64,000 bases of DNA from Octopus vulgaris (GCA_951406725.2 OX597823.1:57598001-57662000), one strand, 5' to 3'. Positions 39,818-54,111 are shown, counted from the stretch's first letter. Notes: generated by a model from the letters alone, not told the origin. Program-made: numbers and translations.

Positions 39818-41899
39818 ATTGTTGTTGTTGTCGTATTTTTATTATTATTATTAGTAGTAACGGATGGTAGTGGTGGTGTTGGTGGTGAATGTTTCTAGGA
39901 GCAGTCTTTTAATCAATGTTCGTAAAGTGGCTGTTTTAATTAAATCCTCTAACGCACGATTGTTAGCATCAGCGGAGTTGTAGCAGACCGTTATTCAACG
40001 TCGGAAGCGTAAAATCTTTTATGGTAGAGCGCTATAACCGTGTTTCTAAATAGTCTTTCAATTGATCATCTTTTGATTTGCTCACAAATGCCAGTCGATA
40101 TGCTTTCAAATTCGAATAAAATTTTATGTACTTCCACATCGTTTGCTTTGACTATTTCAACTTCAGTAGATATCTTGTATATATAATAATATATTCAGTT
40201 GAATTTCCAACGAATAATCTAACTAGTTACATAGATTCGCTACATTATAATGAATTGCTTTGCTTTGGTTTGCTTGCTCAGTGGCTTACAAACAATAGTA
40301 AATTTAATCACTAAATAAGAATTTTCTTTAGATTCCGCTTCCTTATTAAGCGAAACTTGAAAGATTCTGAGTTCGTTCGGTAAAAGTGCATGATACTTAT
40401 CTTATAAATAACTACAAACATTTAACTAGGATCTTGCTTATTACCGTGAAGAATTTAGAACAATGTCAAATGGTTACCAGCCATGTCATATGGTTACAAG
40501 CCAGGAATATATAATGACGCATGTAAAGGCGGTGAGCTGGTAGAATCGTTAGCATGCCGGGCGAAATGCTTAGAAGTATTTCGTCTGCCGCTACGTTCTG
40601 AGTTCAAATTCCGCCGAGGTCGACTTTGCCTTTCATCCTTTCGGGGTCGATTAAATAAGTACCAGTTACGCACTGGGATCGATATAATCGACTTAATCCA
40701 TTTATCTGTCCTTGATTGTCTCCTCTATGTTTAGCCCCTTGTGAGCAATAAAGAAATAAGAACCGTTAGCGCACCGGGAAAAATTCGTAGCAGCATTTCG
40801 TCCGCCTTTACGTTCTGAGTTCAAATTCAGTCGAGATTGGCCTTGCCTTTCATTCTTTTAGGGTCGATAAAATAAGTACCACTTGAATATTGGGACCGAT
40901 GTAATAGATTTAACATCACCCTTAAGGTTGCTAGTCTTTTGACAAACTTTGAAATCAATTTATTATGATGCTTGTAGATACATTACATCGAACTTACGGA
41001 GAGTATGTAATAGCAACCATAGTTCCCTGATACGATTGGTTACTATTTTATTTCATCGACTCAAGAAAGCAAACGTGACCTCGGCGGAAATTTGAAATCA
41101 TGGCACAAGAGAACGCAACTAAACGTGAGCTCTAGGGAGTTTTCAAATTCACTATCGTTTAATACATTTCTTACAAGTTACGAGTCACAAATGTTTCAGT
41201 GAGAGTACAGTCTATTATATCAATTCCAGTATCTGGCTGCTTCTTGCTTTATCACCTTCGTAACAGTGAAACAAGTACTTGTTCATGGTGGGATACGAAC
41301 TCACAATATAAAAGAGATTGATACTCCTGTTCATTTTGCTTAACCCTGTCACGCCGTAATCCTGCTACCGCGAGAATAAGTTAAATGTCATTTCTGCTGG
41401 ATTCCTGGTAAAGTGGTAAAAGAAGATGCAGCCGATTCTGTCCATTAGTTTGTCTGCAATTGTTACTCTTGAACTGTATAAACAACTATTTATTTTTATT
41501 TATTTTTTTTGCTCGGGAACCTTGGTGGAGTTTAAAGTTAGACATAGAAGTCCAGGTGTGAGAAGGTTAAGTTTCTACCTATTCTGATGTTAAGTCGTGT
41601 TGTGGAGTGTAAGAAAAAATAATGCATCCAACATACTGCCTTGAAATACGCATTACCATTCCTTAATGTTCAGACTTCAAATCTGGCCGAAGTACATTTT
41701 TGCATATTCGTATTTCCTTGATCAATGAAGCGAATACCAGTCTAATACTAGAACTGGTATCTGCAAACACACCTCTACCAAATCGTGAGCCTTTATCAAT
41801 ATTAGAAACCAAAGTTAACATTAATCAAGACAATTGACAATAGCAGGAACGGTAAAATGGTGAACATAACGAACTAAGATATTCAATATTCATCGAAAA

Positions 41900-42045
41900 A
41901 TACCTTAGGAACGAGCACCCAGATTCGAAATTTCCCCAAGACACTCGAAGAAGGCTGAAGGATATATCGGCCGAAATGTTGTGTTAACAACAAACAAGAT
42001 GAGGACAAACATCCGTTGAATGTAAATAATGTAAATAATGTAATG
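41900..42045 (+). mobile_element. Penelope-like pLTR remnant with decayed hammerhead
   Basis: ACAC-TCGAAGA-A-GGCTG...CGGCC-GAA-ATGT-T-GTGT at 41941-41984. Confidence 0.55.
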
Positions 42046-43009
42046 AAATAGGAGTGTATAATTACGTGAGAAATACAGCGTAAATTACAATATCATGTGT
42101 GGGGATTTTCCTATGCATTATTATACATTTGATATTGCGGCTGAGTACATACCACGTAGTGAAATCGTTAAGCAAATGAACATGAATTAAACCTGAAAAC
42201 ATTAAAAATGTTTGCTACAATTCTCAGAAGATTTTGTTACAGTTCCTTTTAGTAATTTGTTTTAGAAAATATAAAGAGTGTGTCTGTACGCGCGCGTGTA
42301 TGTGTGCGTGCGTGCAAGCATGTATATTTATTTCTTTATTACTCACAAGGGGCTAAACATAGAGGGGACAAACAAGGACAGACAAACGGATTAAGTCGAT
42401 TACATCGACCCCAGTGCGTAACTGCTACTTGATTTATCGACCCCGAAATGATGAAAGGCAAAGTTGACCACAGCGGAATTTGAACTCAGAAGGTAGCGGC
42501 CGACGAAATACCGCTAAGCATTTCGCCCGGCGTGCTAACGATTCTGCCAGCTCACCGCCTTCGCAAGCATGTATAGCAAAAAGAGAGACAAAGTGACAGA
42601 GAAAGAGAGAGACGGAGAGAGAGGGGGATAGAGAGAGAGAGACAGAGAGAGAGAGAGACACACGCACACAGACAGGCCACATAGACATGTGTGTGAAAAA
42701 TTGAGAAAGAAAGAATATATCTGTATGTATGTCATATGTACGCCAATCGAATTTCAGAATATCAGAATTTAGATTTCGTTCAATTGTTAATTTGGACGGG
42801 TGTAATAACTTCAGCGGACGTATCACGTGACTATCTATACTATCTCAACTCTGGAATTGGAGACTCCAGTAAAAGTGAAATTTCGTTGCCGCAAAAATTC
42901 CAGGTAGCAGATATCAAAATTCAATATGTGTGTCATATACATACATGCATACATACATATATACATACATACATACATACATACATACATACATACATAC
43001 ATACATACA

Positions 43010-43041
<32 letters not shown>

Positions 43042-43945
43042 CACACAAATACACACGCATACATATATACATATTTAGATAGACATGGTGGTGGAACTAG
43101 TAGATCATGTGATTCCAGCGTTCCAACGCCCATACTAGAAAATTCCTTTCCACGAACGATATGCCTTTGCTAGTTAAAATTTACAGCTGTATAAGATGCA
43201 AATCTCAAGCTGAATGCTTTAGTAATACGGTGTTCTAACAATACATTCATGTTAAATAGGATATAAAGAAAGCAGGGACGTGCCTACCTTGAATAAAATA
43301 GATCGATAGCAACATTTTCCTTTTGTGGCAAAATATGCACTTAATTCAATAAAATTATGATGGTTACACTGATTACTATGCATAAAATGCAAAATATTTT
43401 ATTCTTTTGTATATTAGGTAGGCATAATCCGCCCCTGCTTGTCAGTCTCAGTATTCAAGCTACGCATAGTACTGCTGTAGTACATGCGCGGCGTAAACTC
43501 TTATAACACCATTTTCTTTACGTGTTATAAAGGCAGAAATAAATTTGCCTTCAACTCAGTTGCGCGTCTGTGTTTCGCTTATTTTTTGTGTGTTTTACTA
43601 CATAAATGCCGCCAACTGCCTACCCTGAGTAATTCTTGACGGTACGTGTCTCAAAAAAAGCTAAATGTATATTTTTGTATATATAAAAGAAGAACAAAAA
43701 TAGGGTTTAAAATTTACTACAGCTGTTTCGGTAGCAATTTATATACATACCTGCATTACACTACCAACAGACATTTGTTTGTACCTTACTTTAATCTCAG
43801 TGTTATCGTACCTAGCCAGTCCCGGCATCCTACATGTTGACGCATCTAAATTCTAATGAAACCTGTCCGACGAACAGGAACATGGAACTCTGAGTAACAG
43901 TTTGTGAAGATTTTTTCGGCCCAAATTAAAAGTGTGTATACATAG

Positions 43946-43987
<42 letters not shown>

Positions 43988-44012
43988 TTTATATATATAT
44001 ATATATATATAT

Positions 44013-44057
44013 AAATATATGCTTGATATATATATATATATATATAAAAATATATGC

Positions 44058-44102
<45 letters not shown>

Positions 44103-44107
44103 TATGC

Positions 44108-44149
<42 letters not shown>

Positions 44150-44152
44150 TGC

Positions 44153-44182
<30 letters not shown>
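44013..44182. repeat. Minisatellite: four units of AAATATATGCTTGA(A)+(TA)n
   Basis: Unit starts at ~44013, 44047, 44098 and 44142. Confidence 0.9.
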
Positions 44183-44183
<1 letters not shown>

Positions 44184-44404
44184 ATCATATATATATATGT
44201 GTGTGTGAATGTGTTTATGTGTGTGTATGCATTATATTTACAGTTTATCTTTACAACGGAAAATTTGTATCAAATGCATCTCAAGTAGAGTATAATTATT
44301 TCATGTTCTTGACTGATGCCTTTTGCGTCGCCACTCAGAGTTTCCACGCATTTACCCTCCGTCAAACACATTTTCTTCCATATTAAAATGCCGTTACTTC
44401 GCGC

Positions 44405-44439
<35 letters not shown>

Positions 44440-44728
44440 ATATTATATGCTATATATTATATATGATATATGTATGTTTGTGATATTTTTTGCTTCTGTT
44501 TCCATTAGTTCTGTACCGACAACAAGCTTAATTCAAGATAGGTCAGTGAGTACCGAAAATTTGTTTCTCAATTTGCTTTCCTTCCTACTGATACAGTAAA
44601 CAAAACAATAAACACGCCCACATTTGCTTTTATCAATATATCGTTCCTCTGATGCCTGTCTAATCGATCAGGCCTATTTGGTCAATGTATTATTCATTAA
44701 TATTGATAACGCTACCACCACATCTTTT

Positions 44729-44764
<36 letters not shown>

Positions 44765-45182
44765 CAGTGTTTTTATGGGCTTTTTGCTGTTCGCATATCA
44801 GATCGAAGAATTACTTCCCCTTCCCTCGATCTTGTCTGATCGAAAAAAAGTTTTACACAGTTTGCCTTCGAGGTAGAAGGAGCAGAAAAGGGGTAGATGG
44901 ATGGGTGGTTCAAAGTATCTTGTTGCTAACGTGTAAAAAAAAAAGGGGGGGGGGAGATTTTGTACTTAATAATAGTGCTAATATGTGCGTGCATGTGTGT
45001 GTATGTATGTGTGTATCAATATTTGTGTGCGTGTGTGTATTAATATTTGTGTGCACGTGTACGTGCGTTCCTCTGTGTGTGTGTGTGTGTGTGTGTGTGT
45101 ATGCTTCTTATTGCTCTTGTTGTTACTTTTATCTTATTGGTGTGTCGTCCACTTTCTTGTTTTTGCAGCCGGCGTCGGTATC

Positions 45183-45219
<37 letters not shown>

Positions 45220-45348
45220 CTCTCTCTCTCCCTGTGTCTCTGTTTCTGTCTCGTTCTGTATACATACATTCAGACATATATTCACGCATACAAACATACA
45301 TTCATACACGGACACATATACACATACATACATGCATACATACATACA

Positions 45349-45468
<120 letters not shown>

Positions 45469-46093
45469 TTTGTTGTTGTTGTACCAAAGATATGGATGGA
45501 GAGGAAGACGGTAAGTGATGCAGGGTTATATAATTGAAACTCTATAGACTGCATTTGTTAAGCTATTGCGTTGGTGCGCGTATGCGTATATATATATATA
45601 TATTCATATTTCTTTACTACCCACAAGGGGCTAAACACAGAGGGGACAAACAAGGACAGGCAAACGGATTAAGTCGATTATATCGACCCCAATGCGCAAC
45701 TGGTACTTAATTTATCGACCCCGAAAGGATGAAAGGCTAAGTCGACCTCGGCGGAATTTGAACCCAGGACGTAGCGGTAGACGAAATACGGCTACGCATT
45801 TCGCCCGGCGTGCTAACGATTCTACCATATGTTACCAGTGATTATAATGATATAGAACATAGAGATTTGTATAGCGTTCTTTTACTTTCTTTTATTCATT
45901 CACTTCTTTCAGTCAGTTCACTGCGGACCTTTAGTGGAATAAATCGGCTCTAGAACATATTCTCAGAATAAGCCTAGTACTTATCCTATCGGTCTCTTTC
46001 GCCGAACTACTACGTTACTGGGACGTAGACACACCAAGTGATGGTGGGGTGGGGGGGGACAAACACAGGCACACAAACACATACACACACACA

Positions 46094-46137
<44 letters not shown>

Positions 46138-47064
46138 TATATATGTTGGGTCTCAGTTTCTGTGTACCAAATCCACTCAGACGGCTTGTATTTCGCCCAG
46201 ATCATTAGTAAGGAGAGATACGAAAAAAAGAAAGAAGAAAGCAATGGACCACTGATGACGTCACAAAAGTGTGACGAAATACAATTAATATAAAATAAAG
46301 CTGAAGGAATATATAGTGCGTGTGATTCTATTGGCTAAACTGGCAAAATGACCGTCGCCAAATACTGCAATATATATATATATGATGAATTCTCTCTCCC
46401 TCTCTCCCTATCTCTTACACACATGCACATGCATACATTCTTATAATACAGTGACGCGTGTGCCTATTAAACATTGTCACTAGCCAGCATATAACTAAAA
46501 AAAGTGTCTTGCAATATCTATTTTTAAACTTTAACGCGGAGAACTGGTAAAATCGTTAAACACGCTGGACAAGATGCTCAGCTGCCGTTCATCCGTCTTT
46601 ATGCTCTGATTCTAAATTCTACTGAGGTCGACTTTGCGTTTCTTCCTTTCGGACTCGATAAAATAAGGACCACTTTAGTACTGGGGCCGACATAACTGAC
46701 TTCACCGAAAGTGCTGGTGTTGTGCCAAAATTTGAAACGAATATTTCTTCTAACTCTTTACGTTCTAAGTTCAAATCTCGCTGCGATCAACTCCTTTTGG
46801 GATCGATAAAATAGAGCACCATTTTAGTGTTCGGATGGTTCGAACTGATTAACCTCGTCCCTATAAAATTGTTGATGCTGTGTCTAAATCCGTAATATTA
46901 GAAAGCCTCTTTATGGTCTGAGTTCCATTTCTGACAGAGTCGACTTTATCTTGCATCCTTTGAGGGTCGATAAATTAGTTAGTACCAGTAAAGAATTGGA
47001 GTCGATATAATCGACTTATCTATCTCCTCCCCCAAATTGCAGGCCTGTGCCTTTAGTAGAAAGG

Positions 47065-47141
<77 letters not shown>

Positions 47142-47163
47142 CATCATCATTATTAATATTATT

Positions 47164-47370
47164 GAGTGAGAAAGCAGTGCATACCATCATGACTACCCGT
47201 CTGATAAGGGTACGCCAGGTACATGCATCACAACCATATGTGCGCGACATGGTGATCTCTCATCTAGAGAAACAGCACATGACCTTGCAGGTAGGGCCCA
47301 GTTAGAATTTTCTTCTGGTCGAGTAACCCATCCCACTCAAAAGGTCCCTGAATGAGGGTTGTTTAAAGAT

Positions 47371-47422
<52 letters not shown>

Positions 47423-47467
47423 TATTATTATTACTATTACTATTACTATTATTATTATTATTATTAC

Positions 47468-47506
<39 letters not shown>

Positions 47507-47524
47507 TACTACTACTACTACTAC

Positions 47525-47576
<52 letters not shown>

Positions 47577-47909
47577 ATTATTATTTTTATCATCATCATC
47601 AGGATGTTGAACGAAACACCCATGTTTCCAGAGGTGAATTATTCAAACTCCAAAGAATCCCTCTCAACACATGGCTATGATGCTCCCCCACTACTTCTGC
47701 TCATGATCAGAGATGCACATATCGTCAGTCACTAAGGGACATGCTCAACTAGTTACGGTCAAACAACTGACAAGCAAACCTGTGGTATTGAGCAGAATAT
47801 TTGCTGTAGCCCATCTTTTATACCAAGACAAAACAATGTACATGATAACACTTCCAATCAGTTAAGATCAGAAGCCATGAGAGCCACTGCCTGGTACTGC
47901 ATCAGGGCA
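47164..47909 (-). mobile_element. Unclassified ~560-bp element (copy 2), split by an (ATT)n insertion
   Basis: Reverse complement of 21731-22254; interrupted at 47373-47600. Confidence 0.9.
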
Positions 47910-47967
47910 TGTATTATTACTATTATTATTATTATTATTATTGCTATTATTATTATTATTATTATTC

Positions 47968-48350
47968 AGTAGTTTTATTTTTATTTTTATAGCGTGCTTT
48001 CACTTCACTACCGAGCGCAGCTCTGTGTGCCTTGGGTATGTGCTGTGATTTGTTGTGATGCTCTGATGGTTATTGTATGGAAAGTGTTCTGCGTAGGATG
48101 TGTGCAGTGCCCAGTAGTGCAATTTTCTGTATGTTATATGTGTTTGTAAGTCCTGGTGTTTTTGTTATGTATTTGTCTGAATATTTTTTTATCATGCCTA
48201 ATGCACCTACTATGATAGGAATTGTTTCTGTTTTCAGATTCCACATTCTAGTTACCTCTATTTCCAGGTCTTTGTATTTTGAGAGTTTCTCCATTTCTTT
48301 TAGAGACACGTTGTCATCTGCCGGTACTGATACATCAATTAGAAAGCATT
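47968..48350 (-). mobile_element. R4/Dong-type retrotransposon 3' end (young)
   Basis: CFLIDVSVPADDNVSLKEMEKLSKYKDLEIEVTRMW...PIIVGALG...QKIALLGTAHILRRTLSIQ*; (AAT)n on both sides. Confidence 0.93.
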
Positions 48351-48358
48351 TTTTTTTT

Positions 48359-48501
<143 letters not shown>

Positions 48502-48514
48502 CATCATCATCATT

Positions 48515-49215
48515 ATTTTTAACTCAGATTTTGTTGGAACTGCTGGAGTCTTGCATGTGTAGAGTGCTTGATACCTGCAGGCTACAGATACCATGCTACA
48601 TGTTCTCTTCATCTAAAACTTTCCTGATAGATCTAGCCGTACCAAGGTGGCAAACCTTTTGCAACAGCTTCACTAGGCACTCTATTCCCATTTCCTTTAT
48701 ATATTCCTTAAAACCCTGTTGAATCTGCTTTCTAGGCCCCAACAATAATTGACTATATAGTTTCATCTTTTAGATTTTCTACAGTCGAGCTATTTCATAT
48801 TTAAGAAGATTGCATATGTTTATTCTTTCGCCTTCCTTCTTAATTATTTGTGCGTCAAAGGGACCCGCAACATCAATTATAGAGCATATTCGTTTCACCT
48901 TATCCACCACCACAAGGTCCAGGTTCTGCTCAAGCACTTGGTCTGTTTGGATTTGAAATTCCTCAGGATTTTACAGGTCTCCGACTCAGCCACTCTCTGT
49001 GAATTCTATTCGTACCTAGTCTTCCCTCTTTCGAACCTCGCATTTTCAAACAATTTCCAATGCAGCACAATCGCTACCGCCTCATGTCATCACAACTTAT
49101 ATATTAGTTTTGAGCAAGTCAAGAGATATATATATCCATGAGACATGATAATCACGGGCTTTGCAACAGCAACATCGCTTACTCTTTATTGCGTCTTGAT
49201 ATAGTAGGGAATGGT
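48515..49215 (-). mobile_element. R4/Dong-type retrotransposon fragment (old)
   Basis: Remnants IIDVAGPFD..., LKYEIARL, IIVGA, LLQKVCHLGTARSIRKVL. Confidence 0.8.
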
Positions 49216-49662
49216 TTGAGAGTAAATTTGGCGTTGCTAATTCCAGAAGTAACAGCTTGGAATCCTACTCGATGACCTCGAAGAAGGAAGAAGAAGAAGA
49301 AGAAGAAGAAGTATTAGTATTAGTAGTAGTAGTAGTAGCAGCATCAGCAGCATCAGCAGCATCATCATCAGCAGCAGCAGTAGTAGTAGTAGTAGTAGTA
49401 GCAGTAGTATTTGTAGTAGTAGTAGTAGTAGTAGTAGTAGTGATGTTCGCGGTGGTGGAGGTGGCGGCAGTGGTGGTGGTGGTGGTGGAATCGGCGCCAC
49501 CAGTGGTGGTGGTGGTGGTAGTGGTGGAGGTAGTAGTAGTAGTAGTAGTAGTGATGTTCGTGGTGGTGGAGGTGGCGGCAGTGGTGGTGGAGGTGGAGGC
49601 AGTGGTGGTGGTAGTGGTGGAAACGGCGTCACCAGTGGTGGCGGTGGTGGTAATTGTGGAGA

Positions 49663-49713
<51 letters not shown>

Positions 49714-49877
49714 CAGCAGCAGCAGCAGCAGATAAGATAGTCGATATGTAGCCGCGTTGAAAACCAGACCATGCCTATACAAGTACTGAAAGGTACAGAC
49801 GTACAAAAGTGTGATTAAAACAGAGCTAATGGTTTCAATCACTTGCTCACAGCGCTGGTTAACTGTATGGTCTATGA

Positions 49878-50093
49878 CAGGGGTGGGCAAACTTTTTTGA
49901 TCGCGGGCCGCACAGTGCGTCTTTGGAATCTTGGCGGGCCTCATTTATAAAAATCAAGTGAAAATATTGTGAATTACCGTACAGTTACGAAGTATCTGCA
50001 TAGAGGTTGGGATTCATAAAAGCTCTCGGCGGGCCGCATGAAAACCTATGGCGGGCCGCATGCGGCCCGCGGGCCGTAGTTTGCCCACCCCTG
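49878..50093. mobile_element. Intact hAT MITE (216 bp) with perfect 16-bp TIRs and 8-bp TSD
   Basis: TIRs CAGGGGTGGGCAAACT / AGTTTGCCCACCCCTG; TSD GTCTATGA at 49870-49877 and 50094-50101; repeated GCGGGCCG subterminal motifs. Confidence 0.96.
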
Positions 50094-50429
50094 GTCTATG
50101 ATATGCTTGAAACAGAAAATATGCTTGATCGATCTCTGCAACATTCATTTACCTATGTAAGTAGTAACCAAGCAATGTACTGCAATGTTCCACTGTCTGC
50201 CTCCATATCATACCGTCCATTTACTTCATCGATCCCTTTATGCATATGTACACTGACACGTACACACAACGCACGCACCTACACAGACACAGATACACAG
50301 ACACACACGTACGCAGACACACGCATGCAAACATACACACACGCACGCATACATGCACGCACAAGTACACGTACATGAACAAATACACACATACATGCAT
50401 ATGCACATGTCTACGATTATATATATATA

Positions 50430-50488
<59 letters not shown>

Positions 50489-50532
50489 ATACATAATTAT
50501 GTATATGGTTATATATTTATGCATACATACGT

Positions 50533-50622
<90 letters not shown>

Positions 50623-51149
50623 CAATACGAAATAACTTCGTAAACATAAACTTTTCTCAAAAACGCTAAGAGTAAAACATATTTTATATGACACATTCTA
50701 CCAGTGTCCGAAGTTTGAAAGTGTTTAGTTACAAAAAATTATTTTTTAAATCTGTAGGTCAAAAGGTAAAGATCCCAAAATGTTACATATATTGTGCCAA
50801 TAATCTTATAGTTATCATTAGGGGTCATCAATCGATTTGCATAATTAAGGCATTTTCAAATGCTAGTTTGATTGTTATATTACAGACTCGTCAGCAGCTT
50901 TCCTTTTTGCTGCCGTAACCTCTCTTTTACTCTTTTACTTGTTTCAGTCGTTTGACTGCGGCCATACTGGAGCACCACCTTTAGTCGAGCGAATCAACCC
51001 CAGCACTTATTCTTTGTAAGCCTAGTACTTATTCTATCGGTCTCTTTTGCCGAAAAGCTAAGTTACGGGGACGTAAACACACCAGCATCGGTTGTCAAGT
51101 GATGTGTGTGTGTGTGTGGGGGGCGAACACAGACACAGAAACATATACA

Positions 51150-51211
<62 letters not shown>

Positions 51212-51929
51212 TATATACATACATATATATACGACAACTTCTTTCAGTTTCCATCTACCAAATCCACTCACATGGTTTTGGTCGGCCCAAGGCTATAGTA
51301 GAAGACACTTGCCCAAGATGCCACGAACCTTGTGGTTGGTAAGCAAGGTACTTACCACACAGCCACTCCCGCGCCTATATATTCTATGATGCATTTACGT
51401 GTCTCATCCTATATTAGGTGTGTAAATTAAACTTAATCATATGTACATTGGATTTAATATATGAAACGACAGTCCTTTATAATTGTATCTAATATACTTT
51501 AATTAATACACACTTTCTTGATTGAAATTTATAGAATTATTTTATAGTACAATAGCTCATGAAAAGTCACCATTCATACCGTGTCATTAATTTATTAATG
51601 AATCTAACTTCTTCTCATTGTTGGAAAACACTTTGATTCATAACGCAAATCATCACTCGTAAGAGATACAGACAGTATTTTAAATAAGCTTAGAAGATAT
51701 TTAACTATTTTAAGATATCACCTTATGTTGTATCTGTTTATCCTCCGACATCTGCTTCACTTTCCATTTTTCAGGTGTCCATAAAATACAATACCAGTTA
51801 CGCACAGAGTTATCGACTAATCCCTTTTCCGTTAATTGCTGGCCATGTGCTGATATTAAAAGAAATATTTTAAAGCTATACTACGCCAATTTAGTTAGGA
51901 GGACTGTTGTCAGGTTTGATGACAATACA

Positions 51930-52810
51930 CCTCTTCAAATCTCAAGAACGTTTCTGAGGATTTTCGCGGAATACTGAATTAAAATTTTCTGAAGGTTGAC
52001 AATGCCTGTTTTAGTCTTAGTATTTTTCAGTCTCATAGGCAGTAGTAGTTTGAATATTGTGCCAAGGGCACCAACTACAGCAACAAGAGTTTTCATCATG
52101 TCTTCATCAATCTCCTAATATCTATGGCTAAATCATGATATGTCTCAGCTTTCTCAAAATCTTTTGTATCCAGTCTATTATCACTTAATATTGCAAGGTG
52201 TGTACTCATACGCTGTTTTTTGTCCTCTATAATCATATATAGCCCTCATGTTTCAATAGCATGGCCAGTCTTTATGGAGAAGTTTCACAAAATCCTGTAA
52301 ATATTATTCCGTCATTTATCTGACACGTGTTCACACCACTTATCGGTCAATTTGAATTCTCACACACGACTAACATTCCAATGCACACTTTTACCGAAAC
52401 GATCATTCCTACGCGTGAACTCATTTTGTGCTAGATCACTGCATTGACTTAAGAGATAGTTTATACTTTCATTACCTTTGCCACTGATTCTGTATTTGGT
52501 TGAGTTTTATCAGTCATTACTTTTATCTAATTCGTTCTGTTTTTTCGTTCTTCAGTAGTTATAATCAGAATTTTGCTTTCTCGTAATACATTTCTATCTA
52601 TTAGCCACAATCAGAGTTCTTTATTTTCAATATCCCCTGTACGTTGCTTGAATTGGTCATGAGATTCCTTCTCCTTCCAGCTATTCGTCTCATTCATCAC
52701 TTTATTCTTGAATTCTCCTACTGATTCAGTATCTCTTTAGATTTTCTAGCCGCAGATTGTATTCTTTCTTTACGCCGCTGAATAGTAGTTATTCAACATA
52801 GTTATTCAAA
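51930..52810 (-). mobile_element. Highly decayed R4/Dong-type fragment
   Basis: KYRISGKGNESINYLLSQCSDLAQNEFTRRNDRFGKSVHWN and VVVGALGTI remnants. Confidence 0.75.
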
Positions 52811-52911
52811 CCAATATCGCAGCGAAGATGGTGTCTTCTGTGACTAAAAAGACCTTGCCTACTCATTTTCTTGATACGTGGCTGCTGTTACTTTTAGGGT
52901 GGTGTGCCTTG

Positions 52912-53420
52912 TGTCCCTTGATGCAGTACCAGGCACTGTCTCTCATGGCTTCTGATCTTAACTGATTGGAAGTGTTATCATGTACATGTTTTGTTTTGGT
53001 ATAAAACAATAGGCTACAGAAAATATTTTCTCAGTACCACAGATTCGCTTGTCAGTTGCTTAACCATAATCAATTGAGCATGTCCTTTCGACTGGCGATA
53101 TGTACACCTCCGACCACGAGCAGATGTAGTGGGGGAGCATCATAGCCATGTTTTAAGAGGAATTCTTTGGGGTTTGAATAATTCACCTTTGGAAACATGG
53201 ATATTTCGTTCATCATCCTTAAACAAAGCGGGTTGAGCTACTCAACCTGAAGAAAATTATGAGCCCAATCTTGCAAGATCATGCACTGTTTATCTTGAAA
53301 TGGGATTACCATGTTGCGTACATATGGTTATGATGCATTAGACGGATGCCATGATGGGTACTGGGCTACGTATATTTTTATCCCAGTGTCACTTTGATGA
53401 AATGTGCCGCTCTCTAACTC
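52912..53420 (+). mobile_element. Unclassified ~560-bp element (copy 3, more diverged)
   Basis: Colinear with 21731-22254; ends CTCTAACTC(AAT)n. Confidence 0.88.
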
Positions 53421-53469
<49 letters not shown>

Positions 53470-53479
53470 TACAAATAAA

Positions 53480-53728
53480 TGCGCCCTTTTAAAGCCTAGC
53501 CAGGCTCACGGGCCCGGTTTCCCGGTTTCAATGGTGTATGCGTTCCCCAGCTGGACGGGACGCCAGTCCATTGCAACGTAACTCATTTTTGCCAGCTGAG
53601 TGAACTGGAGCAACGTGAAATGGAAGTGTTTTGCTCAAGAACACAACGCGTCGCCCGGTCCAGGAATCAAAACCACATTTTTACGATCATGGTGCTGACA
53701 CCCTAACCACTAAGCCACGCGCCTCCAC
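53480..53728 (-). mobile_element. SINE family E (CORE-like) in (AAT)n
   Basis: Minus head GGAGGCGCGTGGCTTAGTGGTTAGG, box B-like GGTTTTGATTCC, GTGTTCTTGAGCAAAACACTT. Confidence 0.82.
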
Positions 53729-53800
<72 letters not shown>

Positions 53801-53801
<1 letters not shown>

Positions 53802-54109
53802 GAGCACTAGGAATGATCAAGAAGGGAACCGAAAATTATATGAGAATGATCCCTGGCTTACCATCCCTGCAAGAAGTGCAAAAGATTGTCTTAACTGGTA
53901 CATCACACGTATTGAGAAGAGCATTGTCGATGTGAGAACTGTTGCTGCTCATGTATTTTAATTTAACTTTAAAAAAAAAAAAAAAAAAATGAACGACCTA
54001 CTGAGTTTGGTTTAATGGCCTACCAATGTATACTATGAGTTTCTTTGCCCTAGGAGTCGGGAAGACACTCGGCAAGAAATGGAAGCAAATTTGAAAGAAG
54101 AAGAAAAAA

Positions 54110-54111
<2 letters not shown>
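53801..54111 (+). mobile_element. R4/Dong-type retrotransposon extreme 3' end
   Basis: RALGMIKKGTENYMRMIPGLPSLQEVQKIVLTGTSHVLRRALSM* plus 3' UTR; (AAT)n on both sides. Confidence 0.88.

Noticed and set aside
43990-44182. Repeat-spacer pattern superficially like CRISPR
   Set aside because: Spacers are just (TA)n, the context is eukaryotic, and there are no cas genes.
47850-47909. Resemblance to U2 snRNA (ATCAGTTAAGATC, CCTGGTACTGCA)
   Set aside because: Two short patches with wrong spacing; no branch-point pairing sequence or Sm site.
49237-49944. 235-aa poly-Pro/poly-Leu ORF resembling a formin FH1 or extensin
   Set aside because: Starts inside a hAT MITE, consists of triplet repeats, the antisense frame is also open, and there is no FH2 or other domain.
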